From contig CAWAXX010000017.1 in NCBI GenBank assembly GCA_963786105.1, forward strand, positions 64,001 to 128,000: DNA of 64,000 bases, written 5' to 3'. The notes under the pieces are model-generated. The model did no database searches. It was not told the DNA's origin and saw only the letters and a program-made list of their open reading frames with translations. Position numbers and translations under genes: made by a program. Source of the stretch: Vulcanimicrobiota bacterium. GTDB lineage: Bacteria; Vulcanimicrobiota; Vulcanimicrobiia; Vulcanimicrobiales; Vulcanimicrobiaceae. Below are positions 19,714 through 30,029 of this stretch, in pieces. Position 1 is the first letter of the stretch. Every line of letters begins with the position of its first letter.

Positions 19714-21078
19714 GTGATAGCCCCACGTTTGGCAATCGTCACGTCGCTGGTCTTTGCTACGATTGCGTTCGGCGGATGCGCGGGAGGATCGCACTCGGCG
19801 TCACCTGCCGGCGCGCCGCTGGTACCGGCGGTCGGGACGAAGGATCTGCTGCAGAGCCTCGGCGGCAGCGGCAGCGAGAAAATCAAACACATCGTCATTA
19901 TCGTTCAAGAAAATCGCAGTTTCGACAATCTCTTTCAGGGGTATCCAGGTGCGGACACCGTACCGAACGGCAAGGATTCGCGTGGGAAAACGATCCAGCT
20001 GCGCCCAGTAAGTTTAGCGACGCAGTACGTCATCGATCATTCCATGTCGTCGATGATCGCGGCTTGCGACGGGACCGGCAAACTGCCGGGTACCGAGTGC
20101 CGGATGGACGGGTTCGATCGGGAACCGCACTGGGGCGGTCCCCCTAAACCCGAATACGTTTACGTGCCGCACACGGATTCGAAGCCCTATTTCGACATGG
20201 CGCACGAATGGGTCGTCGGCGACCGTATGTTCCAGTCGCATCTCGACGAAAGCTTCGTCTCGCACCAGTATATTATTGCGGCGCAGGCGCATTCGAGCGT
20301 CGACCTGCCGTACGGATATTGGGGATGCGATGGCGGCCCTAGCGACCAGGTGCAGACGGTCACAAAAGACCGTACCTACGGGCCAACGCAGAGAGCCTGT
20401 TTTGACTACACCACGCTCGGCGACGAACTCGACAGCGCCGGACTGTCGTGGCGCTTCTATACCAGCACGATCAGCAACGACGGAGGCGAATGGTCCGGCT
20501 ATCAAGCGGTTCGCCACATCCGCTACGGAAACGACTGGAAGCAAGATGTCATTACTCCGCAGAAGCAGTTCATCACCGACGTCGGTAAGGGTACCCTCGC
20601 GAACGTGACCTGGATCACGCCGCTTTGCAACGACTCCGATCACGTCAACTGCGGCGGTGGCTTCGGGCCGTCGTGGGTGACGTCGCTGGTCAACGCCGTC
20701 GGCCAGAGCCAGTTTTGGGATAGCACCGCAATCTTCGTCATGTGGGACGACTGGGGAGGCCTTTACGATCACGTGCCGCCGCCGCATCTCGATGACGATG
20801 GGCTGGGCTTTCGCGTGCCGCTTCTCGTGATCTCGCCCTACGCCAAGAAAGGCTACGTCTCACACGTGCAATACGAAACCGGAAGTATACTCAGGTTCGC
20901 CGAGGACGTTTTTGGATTGGGTCGTTTGGCCGCCAGCGATGCGCGTGCGAACTCGCCGGCATCCGACTGCTTCGATTTTAACGGGGCGCCGCGAGCGTTC
21001 GTTCCGATCGACGCTCCTAAGAACCGTTCGTTCTTCCTCAAGCAGATCAACGACGGCCGGGCACCCGACTACGAATGA
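19714..21078 (+). CDS. Phosphoesterase/phospholipase C family lipoprotein (paralog 1)
   Basis: IKHIVIIVQENRSFDN, WDDWGGLYDHV, GFRVPLLVISPY; lipobox GGC. Confidence 0.9.
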   Translation: MIAPRLAIVTSLVFATIAFGGCAGGSHSASPAGAPLVPAVGTKDLLQSLGGSGSEKIKHIVIIVQENRSFDNLFQGYPGADTVPNGKDSRGKTIQLRPVSLATQYVIDHSMSSMIAACDGTGKLPGTECRMDGFDREPHWGGPPKPEYVYVPHTDSKPYFDMAHEWVVGDRMFQSHLDESFVSHQYIIAAQAHSSVDLPYGYWGCDGGPSDQVQTVTKDRTYGPTQRACFDYTTLGDELDSAGLSWRFYTSTISNDGGEWSGYQAVRHIRYGNDWKQDVITPQKQFITDVGKGTLANVTWITPLCNDSDHVNCGGGFGPSWVTSLVNAVGQSQFWDSTAIFVMWDDWGGLYDHVPPPHLDDDGLGFRVPLLVISPYAKKGYVSHVQYETGSILRFAEDVFGLGRLAASDARANSPASDCFDFNGAPRAFVPIDAPKNRSFFLKQINDGRAPDYE

Positions 21079-22424
21079 GTAGCAAAGCCATCGCAGCGCC
21101 ACAGATCGCTGCGCTTTTCATGCTGACGGCGTGCGGCGGTCAGCAGGCTTCTTCGACTCCGCCGTCGGGTAATGCCGGTTTGCCTATCATGGCCGTTCGG
21201 CAGGCGACGACGCCGATTACCCACGTCGTCATCATCGTTCAAGAAAACCGTACCCCCGACTATCTCTTCCAGGGCGTCCCCGGCGCCGACATCTCGCAGA
21301 CCGCGATCGATTCACGCGGCCAAACCGTTTCGCTGCAGCCCGTGTCGCTTGCGGCTCCGTACGATTTACCCCACGGCCACAGCAACTGGCTGACCGACTA
21401 CGATGGCGGTAGAATGGATGGCTTCGATCGAGGTCTCTCCCAAAGAAGTCGCATGCGCCCGTTCGGCTACGCCCCGCGTTCGGAAGTTCAGCCGTATTAT
21501 GACATGGCGACGCAGTACGTTTTTGCCGACCACATGTTTCAGACTAACCAGGCCGATAGTTTTCCGGCGCATCAGTATCTGGTTAGCGGAACCGCGTCGG
21601 CACTGCCGGCGACGTCGTTCAACGTTTCGGGTAATGCCATTAACCGTTATACCGGCCGCCCGGGAGCTGACGGTTGCGATGCGCCTAGCTCCTCGGTCGT
21701 TCCGACCATCAATCCGGGTAACGGAAATCCCGGTCCTACTCCGGCTCCGTGCTTCGATCGACCGGTGCTTTCGGATTTGCTCGACAAACAGCACGTGACG
21801 TGGCGCTACTATCAGCGCGGATTCGGCGTCGGCCTTTGGCACGCGTTCGATGCTATCCAACACGTCCGGTACGGGCAAGACTACAGCAACATCATTTCGC
21901 CGTCCAAAACGATTCTCACGAATATTTCGAACAACCAGCTGCCGGGATTGTCGTGGGTAATCCCGGCGGGCGATGCCTATTCAGACCATGCCGGAACGCG
22001 GAGTGCGAAAGGGCCGTCGTGGGTTGCAGCCGTCGTGAACGCCATCGGCGAGAGCCCGTATTGGAACTCGACCGCGATCTTCATCGTCTGGGACGATTGG
22101 GGGGGATGGTACGACCACGTGCAGCCCGAGCAGTTCAATAACTATTACGAGTTGGGATTCCGGGTTCCGCTGGTCGTCATTTCGCCGTATGCAAAACGAG
22201 CCTACGTCTCTAAAGTGCAGCACGAGTTCGGCAGCCTCTTGGCATTCTCAGAGGAAGCCTTCGGGATACCAAAGGGTGCGCTCGGTACGACGGACGTGCG
22301 CGCCGACGACCTTTCGGATTGCTTCGATTTCACGCAGCATCCGCGCTCGTTTACACCGATCAAGGCACCACCTTTCAAGAAACACGACGCACTAGTAGCC
22401 CCGCCCGACGTCGAGGATCCCTAG
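21075..22424 (+). CDS. Phosphoesterase/phospholipase C family lipoprotein (paralog 2)
   Basis: HVVIIVQENRTPD, SFPAH, WDDWGGWYDHV, GFRVP; lipobox LTAC; ATGA overlap. Confidence 0.9.
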   Translation: MSSKAIAAPQIAALFMLTACGGQQASSTPPSGNAGLPIMAVRQATTPITHVVIIVQENRTPDYLFQGVPGADISQTAIDSRGQTVSLQPVSLAAPYDLPHGHSNWLTDYDGGRMDGFDRGLSQRSRMRPFGYAPRSEVQPYYDMATQYVFADHMFQTNQADSFPAHQYLVSGTASALPATSFNVSGNAINRYTGRPGADGCDAPSSSVVPTINPGNGNPGPTPAPCFDRPVLSDLLDKQHVTWRYYQRGFGVGLWHAFDAIQHVRYGQDYSNIISPSKTILTNISNNQLPGLSWVIPAGDAYSDHAGTRSAKGPSWVAAVVNAIGESPYWNSTAIFIVWDDWGGWYDHVQPEQFNNYYELGFRVPLVVISPYAKRAYVSKVQHEFGSLLAFSEEAFGIPKGALGTTDVRADDLSDCFDFTQHPRSFTPIKAPPFKKHDALVAPPDVEDP

Positions 22425-22513
22425 CGCGCGCCGACTGGTGCCTATTGCGGCAACGGAACGCCGGGATCCAAAAGTTCGCTGGACGGCGCACGCTGTTCCA
22501 AGGAGACGTTTTT

Positions 22514-23899
22514 ATGCGATTCAGTTTCAACGCGGTCCGGATGCTGCCGGTCGCGGCCATGGCGCTCTTGGTTTGCTCCTGCAGTACCGGAGGCGGATTG
22601 GGCGCGTCCCCCAGGTTGCCGGCAGCGGACACGCAATCCGAGCAAGGCCAGCGTCACGGCCGCTCGAGCGGCAAGATCCAACACGTCATCATCATCGTGC
22701 AAGAGAATCGGAGCTTCAACAATCTCTTTTACGGCTTTCCCGGCGCGAAGACGGCAAAGTACGGCTTCGACTCCAACGGTCAAAAGATTGTGCTGCAACC
22801 AGTCGGTCTCGAAACTACTTGGGATATCGACCATAGCTCGAACTCGTTTTTTGCCGCTTGCAACGGCACCGGAAGCATCCCCGGTACCAACTGCCGGATG
22901 AACGGGTTCAACAACGAATACGTCGGTTGCGGTAATTCCGGACCGCCCTGTCCGAACAAGAATCCAACGTATAGCTACGTGCCGCACACGGAGACGAAGC
23001 CCTATTTTGAAATGGCCAAGCAATACGTCCTGGCCGATCAAATGTTCGCCTCGAACTTCGACGCGAGCAGTTTCATTTCGCACCAGTACATCATCTCCGG
23101 GCAGGCGGAATCGGCGGTCAACTATCCCAATGGTGCGTGGGGCTGTCCCGGTGGAACCGGCGACAAAATCTCCATGGTGGGACAGCAGCGCCAGATTCCG
23201 TCGGGGAACGAGGTGGTGTGCTGGGATCCGACGACCCTCGGAGACGAACTCGACAACGCGGGCGTTTCGTGGGGATTCTACACCGCACCGGTCAATGGCG
23301 ATTTGGGTATTTGGAGCGCTTATCAGGCGATCAAGCACATCTATACCGGTCAGGATTGGAAGACGGACATCATCACGCCGCAGACGCAATTCTTTAGCGA
23401 TGTTTCGAACGGCAATTTGCGTGCGGTCAGCTGGATTACGCCGACGTGGGAGAATTCCGACCATGCCGGCAGCGGGTCGAACACCGGACCGTCGTGGGTC
23501 ACGTCGCTGGTTAATGCCGTCGGCAAGTCCAAGTATTGGAACTCGACCGCAATCTTTATCTTCTGGGACGACTACGGTGGATGGTACGACCCGGTCGCGC
23601 CCGCCTTCGTCGACTACGACGGACTCGGCTTGCGGTTGCCGATGCTGATCGTTTCGCCGTACGCCAAAGCCGGGTACGTGTCGCACGTCCCCTACGAGCA
23701 TGGCAGCATCCTGCGATTTACGGAAGACCAATTCAGCTTAGGACGGTTATCGGCCAGCGACACGCGGGCGAACTCGCCTGCGTCGGATGCGTTCGACTTC
23801 TCACAACCGCCACGGAAGTTCGTGAAGATCCCGGCGCCGCTCGACCAGCGCTTCTTCATGAGCCAGCCCACGAGCCACCGAATGCCCGATAATCAGTGA
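22514..23899 (+). CDS. Phosphoesterase/phospholipase C family lipoprotein (paralog 3)
   Basis: HVIIIVQENRSFNN, WDDYGGWYD, GLRLP; AGGAG RBS. Confidence 0.9.
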   Translation: MRFSFNAVRMLPVAAMALLVCSCSTGGGLGASPRLPAADTQSEQGQRHGRSSGKIQHVIIIVQENRSFNNLFYGFPGAKTAKYGFDSNGQKIVLQPVGLETTWDIDHSSNSFFAACNGTGSIPGTNCRMNGFNNEYVGCGNSGPPCPNKNPTYSYVPHTETKPYFEMAKQYVLADQMFASNFDASSFISHQYIISGQAESAVNYPNGAWGCPGGTGDKISMVGQQRQIPSGNEVVCWDPTTLGDELDNAGVSWGFYTAPVNGDLGIWSAYQAIKHIYTGQDWKTDIITPQTQFFSDVSNGNLRAVSWITPTWENSDHAGSGSNTGPSWVTSLVNAVGKSKYWNSTAIFIFWDDYGGWYDPVAPAFVDYDGLGLRLPMLIVSPYAKAGYVSHVPYEHGSILRFTEDQFSLGRLSASDTRANSPASDAFDFSQPPRKFVKIPAPLDQRFFMSQPTSHRMPDNQ

Positions 23900-23907
23900 G
23901 AGACGCT

Positions 23908-23944
23908 CCGCCGGGATCGTCGCCTGAGACGGCGGTCCCGGCGG
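23908..23944. terminator. GC-rich hairpin after the phosphoesterase trio
   Basis: CCGCCGGGATCGTCG...CGGCGGTCCCGGCGG inverted repeat. Confidence 0.5.
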
Positions 23945-24067
23945 GGCTTTGGGATGCGGTACGGTGTTCGAGATCGTTCCGTAGCGCGGGTCGCGCCGGA
24001 ATCGGAGGGCAGCATGCAGAACAAGCCGTCCCTTCAATGCGTTCATGCTTATATGAGAGGCATCACC

Positions 24068-25030
24068 ATGAGCCGTCTTGATTTAGCGCGTTATGCGGCA
24101 GCATGTTGTGCGGCCTCCGTAGTGTTTGCGGGATGCGGTGGATCGCCGTCGGAAAACGTGCCGGCCGTCCCGATGGCGCGAAGTGCCGTTGTCCGTCCCG
24201 AAACGGCGCGTACTTGGATGACGCCGCAGGCAACGCGTATGGATCTTCTCTACGTTTCGGACGTCCGGAAGCAAACCGTCGACGTGTACTCGTATCCTAT
24301 GGGTGGGCTCGTCGGGAAACTCACCGGCTTCGGCCGGCCAAAGGGTGAGTGCGCCGATCGGACGGGGAACGTGTGGATCGCCGACGCCGGGGGCTTTGAC
24401 GTCATCGAGTATCCTCACGGTGCAAGCAAACCAATCGTGGCTCTCGACACCCCAGGTAGCCCGACGGGGTGCTCCGTCGATCCCCTTACCGGCAATCTCG
24501 CCGTCACGGGCGGGACGAACGGCATCGTGCTTTCGGTTTATCGGCGCACTAAGGGCGGCGGATGGCGTTCGCCCGTGAAATACTCGACTTCGAACGTTCG
24601 CGCGGCCTATTTTTGCGGATACGACGACCAGGGAAATCTCTTCATCGACGGGGAGGGCGACGGAGGATTTCAATTTGCCGAACTTCGCCGCGGCGGCGCC
24701 GCACTCAAACCCGTCACGTTGAATCAGTCTATCGCCGTTCCAGCCCAGGTCCAGTGGGATGGCCATAACGTTGCCGTTGGGGATTCCGGCATTTCTCCGT
24801 CGGTAATATACCAATTTTCGATTAGCGGAAGCGCCGGAACCGAAGTCGGCTCTACGACGCTCGGCGGTACGAAGAGCGTGCGGCAGTTTTGGATTGCGGG
24901 CAGCACGGTCGTCGGGCCCGACGTCAGCGGCCGCGATGTCGGTCTTTTCAACTATCCGGCCGGTGGTTCGCCGAGCTCTACCATCGCGGCCCCGCATGCA
25001 TTTGGTGCGGCCGTGAGCCTCGCTCAATAA
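24068..25030 (+). CDS. Secreted beta-propeller lipoprotein ('LLYVSD...CGYD...QWDG...QFWI' family)
   Basis: Lipobox FAGC; same motif set as 26693..27685 and 52952..53890. Confidence 0.75.
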   Translation: MSRLDLARYAAACCAASVVFAGCGGSPSENVPAVPMARSAVVRPETARTWMTPQATRMDLLYVSDVRKQTVDVYSYPMGGLVGKLTGFGRPKGECADRTGNVWIADAGGFDVIEYPHGASKPIVALDTPGSPTGCSVDPLTGNLAVTGGTNGIVLSVYRRTKGGGWRSPVKYSTSNVRAAYFCGYDDQGNLFIDGEGDGGFQFAELRRGGAALKPVTLNQSIAVPAQVQWDGHNVAVGDSGISPSVIYQFSISGSAGTEVGSTTLGGTKSVRQFWIAGSTVVGPDVSGRDVGLFNYPAGGSPSSTIAAPHAFGAAVSLAQ

Positions 25031-25066
25031 CGGCCAACCAGTTTGAATTTTATAAGGAGAAGTTCC

Positions 25067-26665
25067 GTGCCACGACGCTTTCTCGCCGTCGTTATCGCCT
25101 GCGCTTGGGTTGCCGGATGCGGCGGCCAATCGAGCACGCCCGCCCTTCCAGGACCCCTTGCGGTTCCGCCCGTGGGCCGATCGTCGGTACTGCCGGCCGG
25201 CAAGAATCCCAACGAGCTTCCCGAGCCGCCCGTCGTAAAAGCAGTCAACGGCGTCGCTAGAGTTTCGCTCACCGCGGAGATCGATCAAACGAGCAATCTT
25301 CCGACTTTCGACTACGAAGGCGCGAAAAACGTTATCCCAACGATCAGTGTGAAGCCCGGCGAAACCTTCGTCGTCGAGGTTGTCGATGCGTTGCAGCATA
25401 CGCGGAGCATGGCGGACGAGATTAATCTGCACTTCCACGGCCTCGGCGTGTCGCCGAAGGCCCCCGGCGACGACGTTCTTGGGACCTTTGCAAGACCCGG
25501 ACAGAAGGTCCGTTACGTGGTGCACGTTCCAAAGAATCAGGAGCCGGGGCTGTATTGGTATCATCCGCACATTCACGGACAGGTAAACCTACAAGTCGGT
25601 CAAGGCGGAATGTCGGGTGCTATTATCGTCGAGGGGCTGGAACGTCATTTGCCCGGGTTGGGTAAATTGAAGCAGCGCGTGATCGTCGTTCGAGACACGG
25701 GGACCAGCTCGACCCTCAAGACGAACGGCGCTGGCGACGGCTCGTCCGATATGCTTGGTGACGGCAGCATGCCGGACTCGGGGATCCTCCGTCCGCACTT
25801 CGTTAACAACGATCCCTGCGGTCCTGAGATGGGCCTTACGCCCACGATTAACGGAGCCATCAATCCCGTCATAACGATTGCACCCGGAGAACAGCAGTTC
25901 TTTCGGGTCGTAAACGCGACGGGGCACAAGACGTTAAAGCTCGCCGTCGATGGTGAATCGGTCCAGCTGGTCGCGATCGACGGCTTCGCTCTGGATACGC
26001 GCCCCGGCAATCCGCCGACGCTGACCGTGCCCTTCGTCATCGTTCCGCCCGCCGCGCGTGCGGAGTTCATCGTAACCGGTCCGCAAAACCGATCGACGAA
26101 GTTCCGCAGCCTTTGCTACGACACCGGGCCGGGCGGGGATCGGGACCCCGACATCGAGCTCGCCGTCATTCACGCACCTTTCCATCACCCCAGCCGCAGC
26201 CGGCCCACAAACGCTCGGCCACTCACGGTCGGCGATCCACTTCCGACGAACGCGTACACGACTCAGCTTCCACCGGCTTCCGTCAAGCGCACCGTCGTTT
26301 TTAGCGAAGGACCAAAACACTTCCGCATCAACGGTAAGATATTCTCGATAAACGCTCCGCCGATGTACGTGGTGCACGTCGGGACGATCGAGGAATGGCA
26401 TATCGTGAACGTCAGCACGGAAGTGCACGACTTTCACATCCACCAGATACATTTCTTGGTAAAAGAAGTCAACGGCGTCAAACCGCAATACCCGTACTGG
26501 GCCGACAGCGTCGTCATCCCGCATCGGCGAGGTGACGGACAACCCGGCACCCTCGTGTTGCTCATGGATTTCCGCGATCCACTCATCAAGGGCACGTTTG
26601 TGTTCCACTGTCACATACTCGATCACGAGGACGGTGGAATGATGGCGAAAATTCAAGCGATCTAA
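25067..26665 (+). CDS. Multicopper oxidase lipoprotein (three-domain, laccase-like)
   Basis: LHFHG, WYHPH, HDFHIH, HCHILDHEDGGMM (axial Met); lipobox VAGC. Confidence 0.92.
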   Translation: MPRRFLAVVIACAWVAGCGGQSSTPALPGPLAVPPVGRSSVLPAGKNPNELPEPPVVKAVNGVARVSLTAEIDQTSNLPTFDYEGAKNVIPTISVKPGETFVVEVVDALQHTRSMADEINLHFHGLGVSPKAPGDDVLGTFARPGQKVRYVVHVPKNQEPGLYWYHPHIHGQVNLQVGQGGMSGAIIVEGLERHLPGLGKLKQRVIVVRDTGTSSTLKTNGAGDGSSDMLGDGSMPDSGILRPHFVNNDPCGPEMGLTPTINGAINPVITIAPGEQQFFRVVNATGHKTLKLAVDGESVQLVAIDGFALDTRPGNPPTLTVPFVIVPPAARAEFIVTGPQNRSTKFRSLCYDTGPGGDRDPDIELAVIHAPFHHPSRSRPTNARPLTVGDPLPTNAYTTQLPPASVKRTVVFSEGPKHFRINGKIFSINAPPMYVVHVGTIEEWHIVNVSTEVHDFHIHQIHFLVKEVNGVKPQYPYWADSVVIPHRRGDGQPGTLVLLMDFRDPLIKGTFVFHCHILDHEDGGMMAKIQAI

Positions 26666-26692
26666 CGGATTAAGGAACTAAGGGAACACTAC

Positions 26693-27685
26693 ATGAGAAA
26701 TCGAGGCTCTCGTCGCCGCGTACTATGCATTGGCGCGCTCGCCGCGTTGCTCGCCGGCTGTGCCGCTCCGCAAAGTCAGACCTCGCTGCCTCCGGCGTCC
26801 GCGCTTGGACCGCTGCACGCCGCCCATTCGGGGCGTGCTGCCTCGTGGATGAATCCGGAAGCAATGAAAACCAACCTTCTTTACGTATCCGACGATCAAG
26901 GCACCGTCGACGTTTTTTCGTATCCGGACGGCAAACGAGAGGGGACGCTGACGGGCTTCAGCGGGCCCTCCGGCCTCTGCTCCGACCCGAAGGGCGACGT
27001 CTTCGTTACCGATACAGGGAATGGAGACATCGTCGAATACGCACACGGTGCGACGGAACCCGTCGCGACGCTGTTTGAGTTCGGCGTCTATCCCGAGGGC
27101 TGTTCGATCGACCGTACGACCGGGAATCTAGCCGTTACGAACTTTGGCAGTAATCCCAGCGGCGCGGGCAGCGTAGCCATTTTCGATCACGCGCAAGGTG
27201 CCGCACATCTGTATACCGATCCGAACTTTAACGTGTATTTGTTCTGTGGCTATGACAACGCTGGGAACCTCTACATCGACGGTGCGGACTCGGGGACGAC
27301 CCAGGCGCTATTCGCGGTCCTCCCTGCGGGCGGCACTTCGTTTACCGACCTGGCCTTAAATCAGAGTATCGGATATCCGGGCGGCATTCAGTGGGACGGC
27401 AAGAACTTGGCGATTGAAGACGTGTCCACCGATACGCTTTACCGCGTGAAAGTGTCGGGTTCGAGCGGAAGCGTCGTGGGCACGACCCATCTGAGCGCTC
27501 GGAGTCACCTCGTCGTCCAATTCTGGATACAAGGCCGAACCATCGTCGTACCCTACGGGACGTTGAATCGCGAAGTCAAGAAAGTTGGTTTTTGGCCATA
27601 TCCGGCGGGCGGATCTCCGTCGAAAAGTATCGGTGTCCGCAAGGCGGCGGAACTCATTGGTGCGACCGTGAGCCTTGCGAAGTAG
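26693..27685 (+). CDS. Secreted beta-propeller lipoprotein (same family as 24068..25030)
   Basis: Lipobox LAGC; LLYVSD, CSID..TGNLAV, CGYD, QWDG, QFWI. Confidence 0.75.
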   Translation: MRNRGSRRRVLCIGALAALLAGCAAPQSQTSLPPASALGPLHAAHSGRAASWMNPEAMKTNLLYVSDDQGTVDVFSYPDGKREGTLTGFSGPSGLCSDPKGDVFVTDTGNGDIVEYAHGATEPVATLFEFGVYPEGCSIDRTTGNLAVTNFGSNPSGAGSVAIFDHAQGAAHLYTDPNFNVYLFCGYDNAGNLYIDGADSGTTQALFAVLPAGGTSFTDLALNQSIGYPGGIQWDGKNLAIEDVSTDTLYRVKVSGSSGSVVGTTHLSARSHLVVQFWIQGRTIVVPYGTLNREVKKVGFWPYPAGGSPSKSIGVRKAAELIGATVSLAK

Positions 27686-27714
27686 CGTGGCTCGCCGGCG
27701 CCTTTGCGATTTTG

Positions 27715-27756
27715 TGTCATCCTGAACGGAGCGCCGAAGGCGCGCCGTCGAAGGAC
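27715..27756 (+). repeat. REP-like palindromic repeat, second copy
   Basis: TGTCATCCTGAACGGAGCGCCGAAGGCGCGCCGTCGAAGGAC. Confidence 0.8.
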
Positions 27757-27785
27757 GGCGACGGCGCGATTCGATCCATTTTGTG

Positions 27786-28027
27786 TCATCCAATGACCGT
27801 GACGCCCGTGAACGTCCCGGAAGCATTGTTGGCGACCATTACTTGAGGCGGAACGGTGGCCCGCGATTTGCGCAATCGCGGTTTCTCGCCGCGACGTCTG
27901 GATGCGAATATGCCGAACCCGGCAACTCGGCGGCTTGCCGGATGGGGTTCGTCGGGATGGCCGAAGCGCAGCCCGCAACCAAGCTCGCAAGGCAGAGTGC
28001 AGTGCAACGCGCAAAGGAACACGCCAT
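27786..28027 (-). pseudogene. Truncated/frameshifted lipoprotein remnant
   Basis: Lipobox VAGC, then a stop after about 62 aa; another frame continues VPPQVMVANNASGTF for a few codons. Confidence 0.45.
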
Positions 28028-28062
28028 GAGCACACTTTTAAACTTCGGATTCTGAATCACCG

Positions 28063-29664
28063 ATGAGGATCGCCGCGTTTCTGTGTGGCTGCGCGATGTT
28101 TTTTGCGGCCTGCTCGAAAGCCGGCATTCCAACGCAATCGAACCGCGCCACACTCATCGTCGCCGTCCCGGCCGAACCCGTGTCGCTGAACCCCCTGTAC
28201 CTTGAAGGAGAACTTGGCTACGTCGTGAGCGAGCTCGGGTATTCGTACTTGACCAACTACGACGCGCACGGAAACGTCGTTCCCGACCTCGCAAGCCAGG
28301 TGCCGACGCTCCGAAACGGCGGTGTCTCCCACGACGGCACGCGCATCACGTATCGATTGCGCCGCGGCGTGCGCTGGGCAGACGGCACTGCGCTGACCTC
28401 CCGCGACGTCGCTTTCACCTACCGAGCCATTATGAGTCCCGCCAACAACATTCCGTCGCGGTATGGCTACGATCAAGTCGCCGGGATCGAAGTACCGGAC
28501 GAACGCACCGTCGTCGTACGGCTGAGACGCGCGTACTCGCCGATCGTTTCGTACTTCTTCGGCGGCGACAGCAACTACCCAGTCTTGCCGGCGCATCTCC
28601 TGGCGCGTCTTCCTAACCTCAACCACGCGACGTTCAACGACGCTCCGGTCGGCTCGGGGCCGTACGCCTTCGCGCGATGGTCGCGCGGCGACTACATCAC
28701 GGCAAGCGCGAACCCGTCGTATTTCGCGGGAAGGCCGGCGATCGACCGCATCACCCTGCGGTTTTTGCACGACTCGTCGACCACGGTCGCACAGTTGACG
28801 ACGCGCGAGGTCGACGCAACGTTTTTTGCCGACGTTACCAGGATCGCCACGCTGCGCGAGATCCCCGATCATCGCATCGTGGTGACGCCGGTACCGTACT
28901 TCTACGCACTCCTTTTCAACATCACCGATCCGCTCGCCGGCGACGGCGCCGTACGCCGTGCCTTCGCCCGCGCGATCGACCGCCGGGCACTGGTCGCGAA
29001 GATGACCCACGGGCTTTACGACGCCGACACCGGCATGCGCGGTCTCTTCACGTGGGCGTTCGATCCGCATCTAGGCAACCTGCCGTACGATCCCCGCGCC
29101 GCCGAAAGGGCGCTCGCGAGCGACGGATGGATTCCGGGTCCGGACGGAATTCGCATCAAGGGTGGCCGGCGGCTCGAGTTGGAGATCGCGCTTCGGACGG
29201 GCATGGAAATCGACGCCGGATTCGCAACTTTGATCGCGGCGCAAGAACGCGCGGTCGGGATCGATGTTACGCTGAAGCAGTATGCTCGCGAGCAATTCCT
29301 CGCACTCGGCGGCCCGATAACACAAGGACGCTATCAGGTAGCCCTGTACGGCTACCAGTCCAGTTACGATCCGGACGTTTCGTGGCTGCTCGCGTGCAGT
29401 CAACGCGGCCCGCACGGTTTTAACGACGCGCGCTACTGCAATACGGCGGTGGACCGGGCGCTTCGTGAGGCATCGTCGTCGTTCGACCGGGCGACGCGCT
29501 CGCGCGACTACCGCTTCGTTCAGCGGCAGGTCTTGACCGATGTGCCCTACGATTTTCTATGCCAGATCTCCGAAGTCGACGTAATCCCCTCGATCCTGAT
29601 GGGCTACGATCCACCGCTGCTCTCACCGTTTAGAACGGTCGCGCGCTGGCACTTTCGCCCTTAA
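28063..29664 (+). CDS. Peptide ABC transporter substrate-binding protein (family 5), orphan
   Basis: Lipobox FAAC, VPDLA..VPT..NGG, LRRGVRWADG, PVGSGPY, NPSYF. Confidence 0.9.
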   Translation: MRIAAFLCGCAMFFAACSKAGIPTQSNRATLIVAVPAEPVSLNPLYLEGELGYVVSELGYSYLTNYDAHGNVVPDLASQVPTLRNGGVSHDGTRITYRLRRGVRWADGTALTSRDVAFTYRAIMSPANNIPSRYGYDQVAGIEVPDERTVVVRLRRAYSPIVSYFFGGDSNYPVLPAHLLARLPNLNHATFNDAPVGSGPYAFARWSRGDYITASANPSYFAGRPAIDRITLRFLHDSSTTVAQLTTREVDATFFADVTRIATLREIPDHRIVVTPVPYFYALLFNITDPLAGDGAVRRAFARAIDRRALVAKMTHGLYDADTGMRGLFTWAFDPHLGNLPYDPRAAERALASDGWIPGPDGIRIKGGRRLELEIALRTGMEIDAGFATLIAAQERAVGIDVTLKQYAREQFLALGGPITQGRYQVALYGYQSSYDPDVSWLLACSQRGPHGFNDARYCNTAVDRALREASSSFDRATRSRDYRFVQRQVLTDVPYDFLCQISEVDVIPSILMGYDPPLLSPFRTVARWHFRP

Positions 29665-29867
29665 AATAGGGCGCCGAAAGTCGCACCAGCAGTTCGTTCG
29701 ATTCGAACGTGCGCGCGTTGCCTTATGCCGAACGAATCCACGCTCTCGCGTAAAAAATCGCGCGAGTCGATTCGCACCGGAACGAAACACGCTGCAACCG
29801 AAAAGCGTAGTACCGTGTTGGAAATACTAAAAGAGCTAAAGCTTAAATACAGAGGAAAGGAGAGAAA

Positions 29868-30029
29868 ATGGGTTTCCATAATGGAGTACCGATCACGGTC
29901 GTCAGCGGAATTCAGAGTATGCCGACGCCGACGGAATCCACGTCCCGGCGTCGCGCAGAAGAAGACGCGCGGTTCGACGACACCAACGCAGCCAAGCTCT
30001 CGGGTTGCCGAATTCATCAACCGCGCTAG
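29868..30029 (+). CDS. Small 53-aa ORF not in the track
   Basis: Strong RBS AGGAAAGGAG before ATG; followed by hairpin GCTAGCTC/GAGCTAGC. Confidence 0.45.
   Translation: MGFHNGVPITVVSGIQSMPTPTESTSRRRAEEDARFDDTNAAKLSGCRIHQPR

Noticed and set aside
24083..25576. Long antisense ORFs (also 22442..23731, 5332..6261, 28057..29070, 43729..44640)
   Set aside because: Typical shadows of GC-rich genes with no motifs
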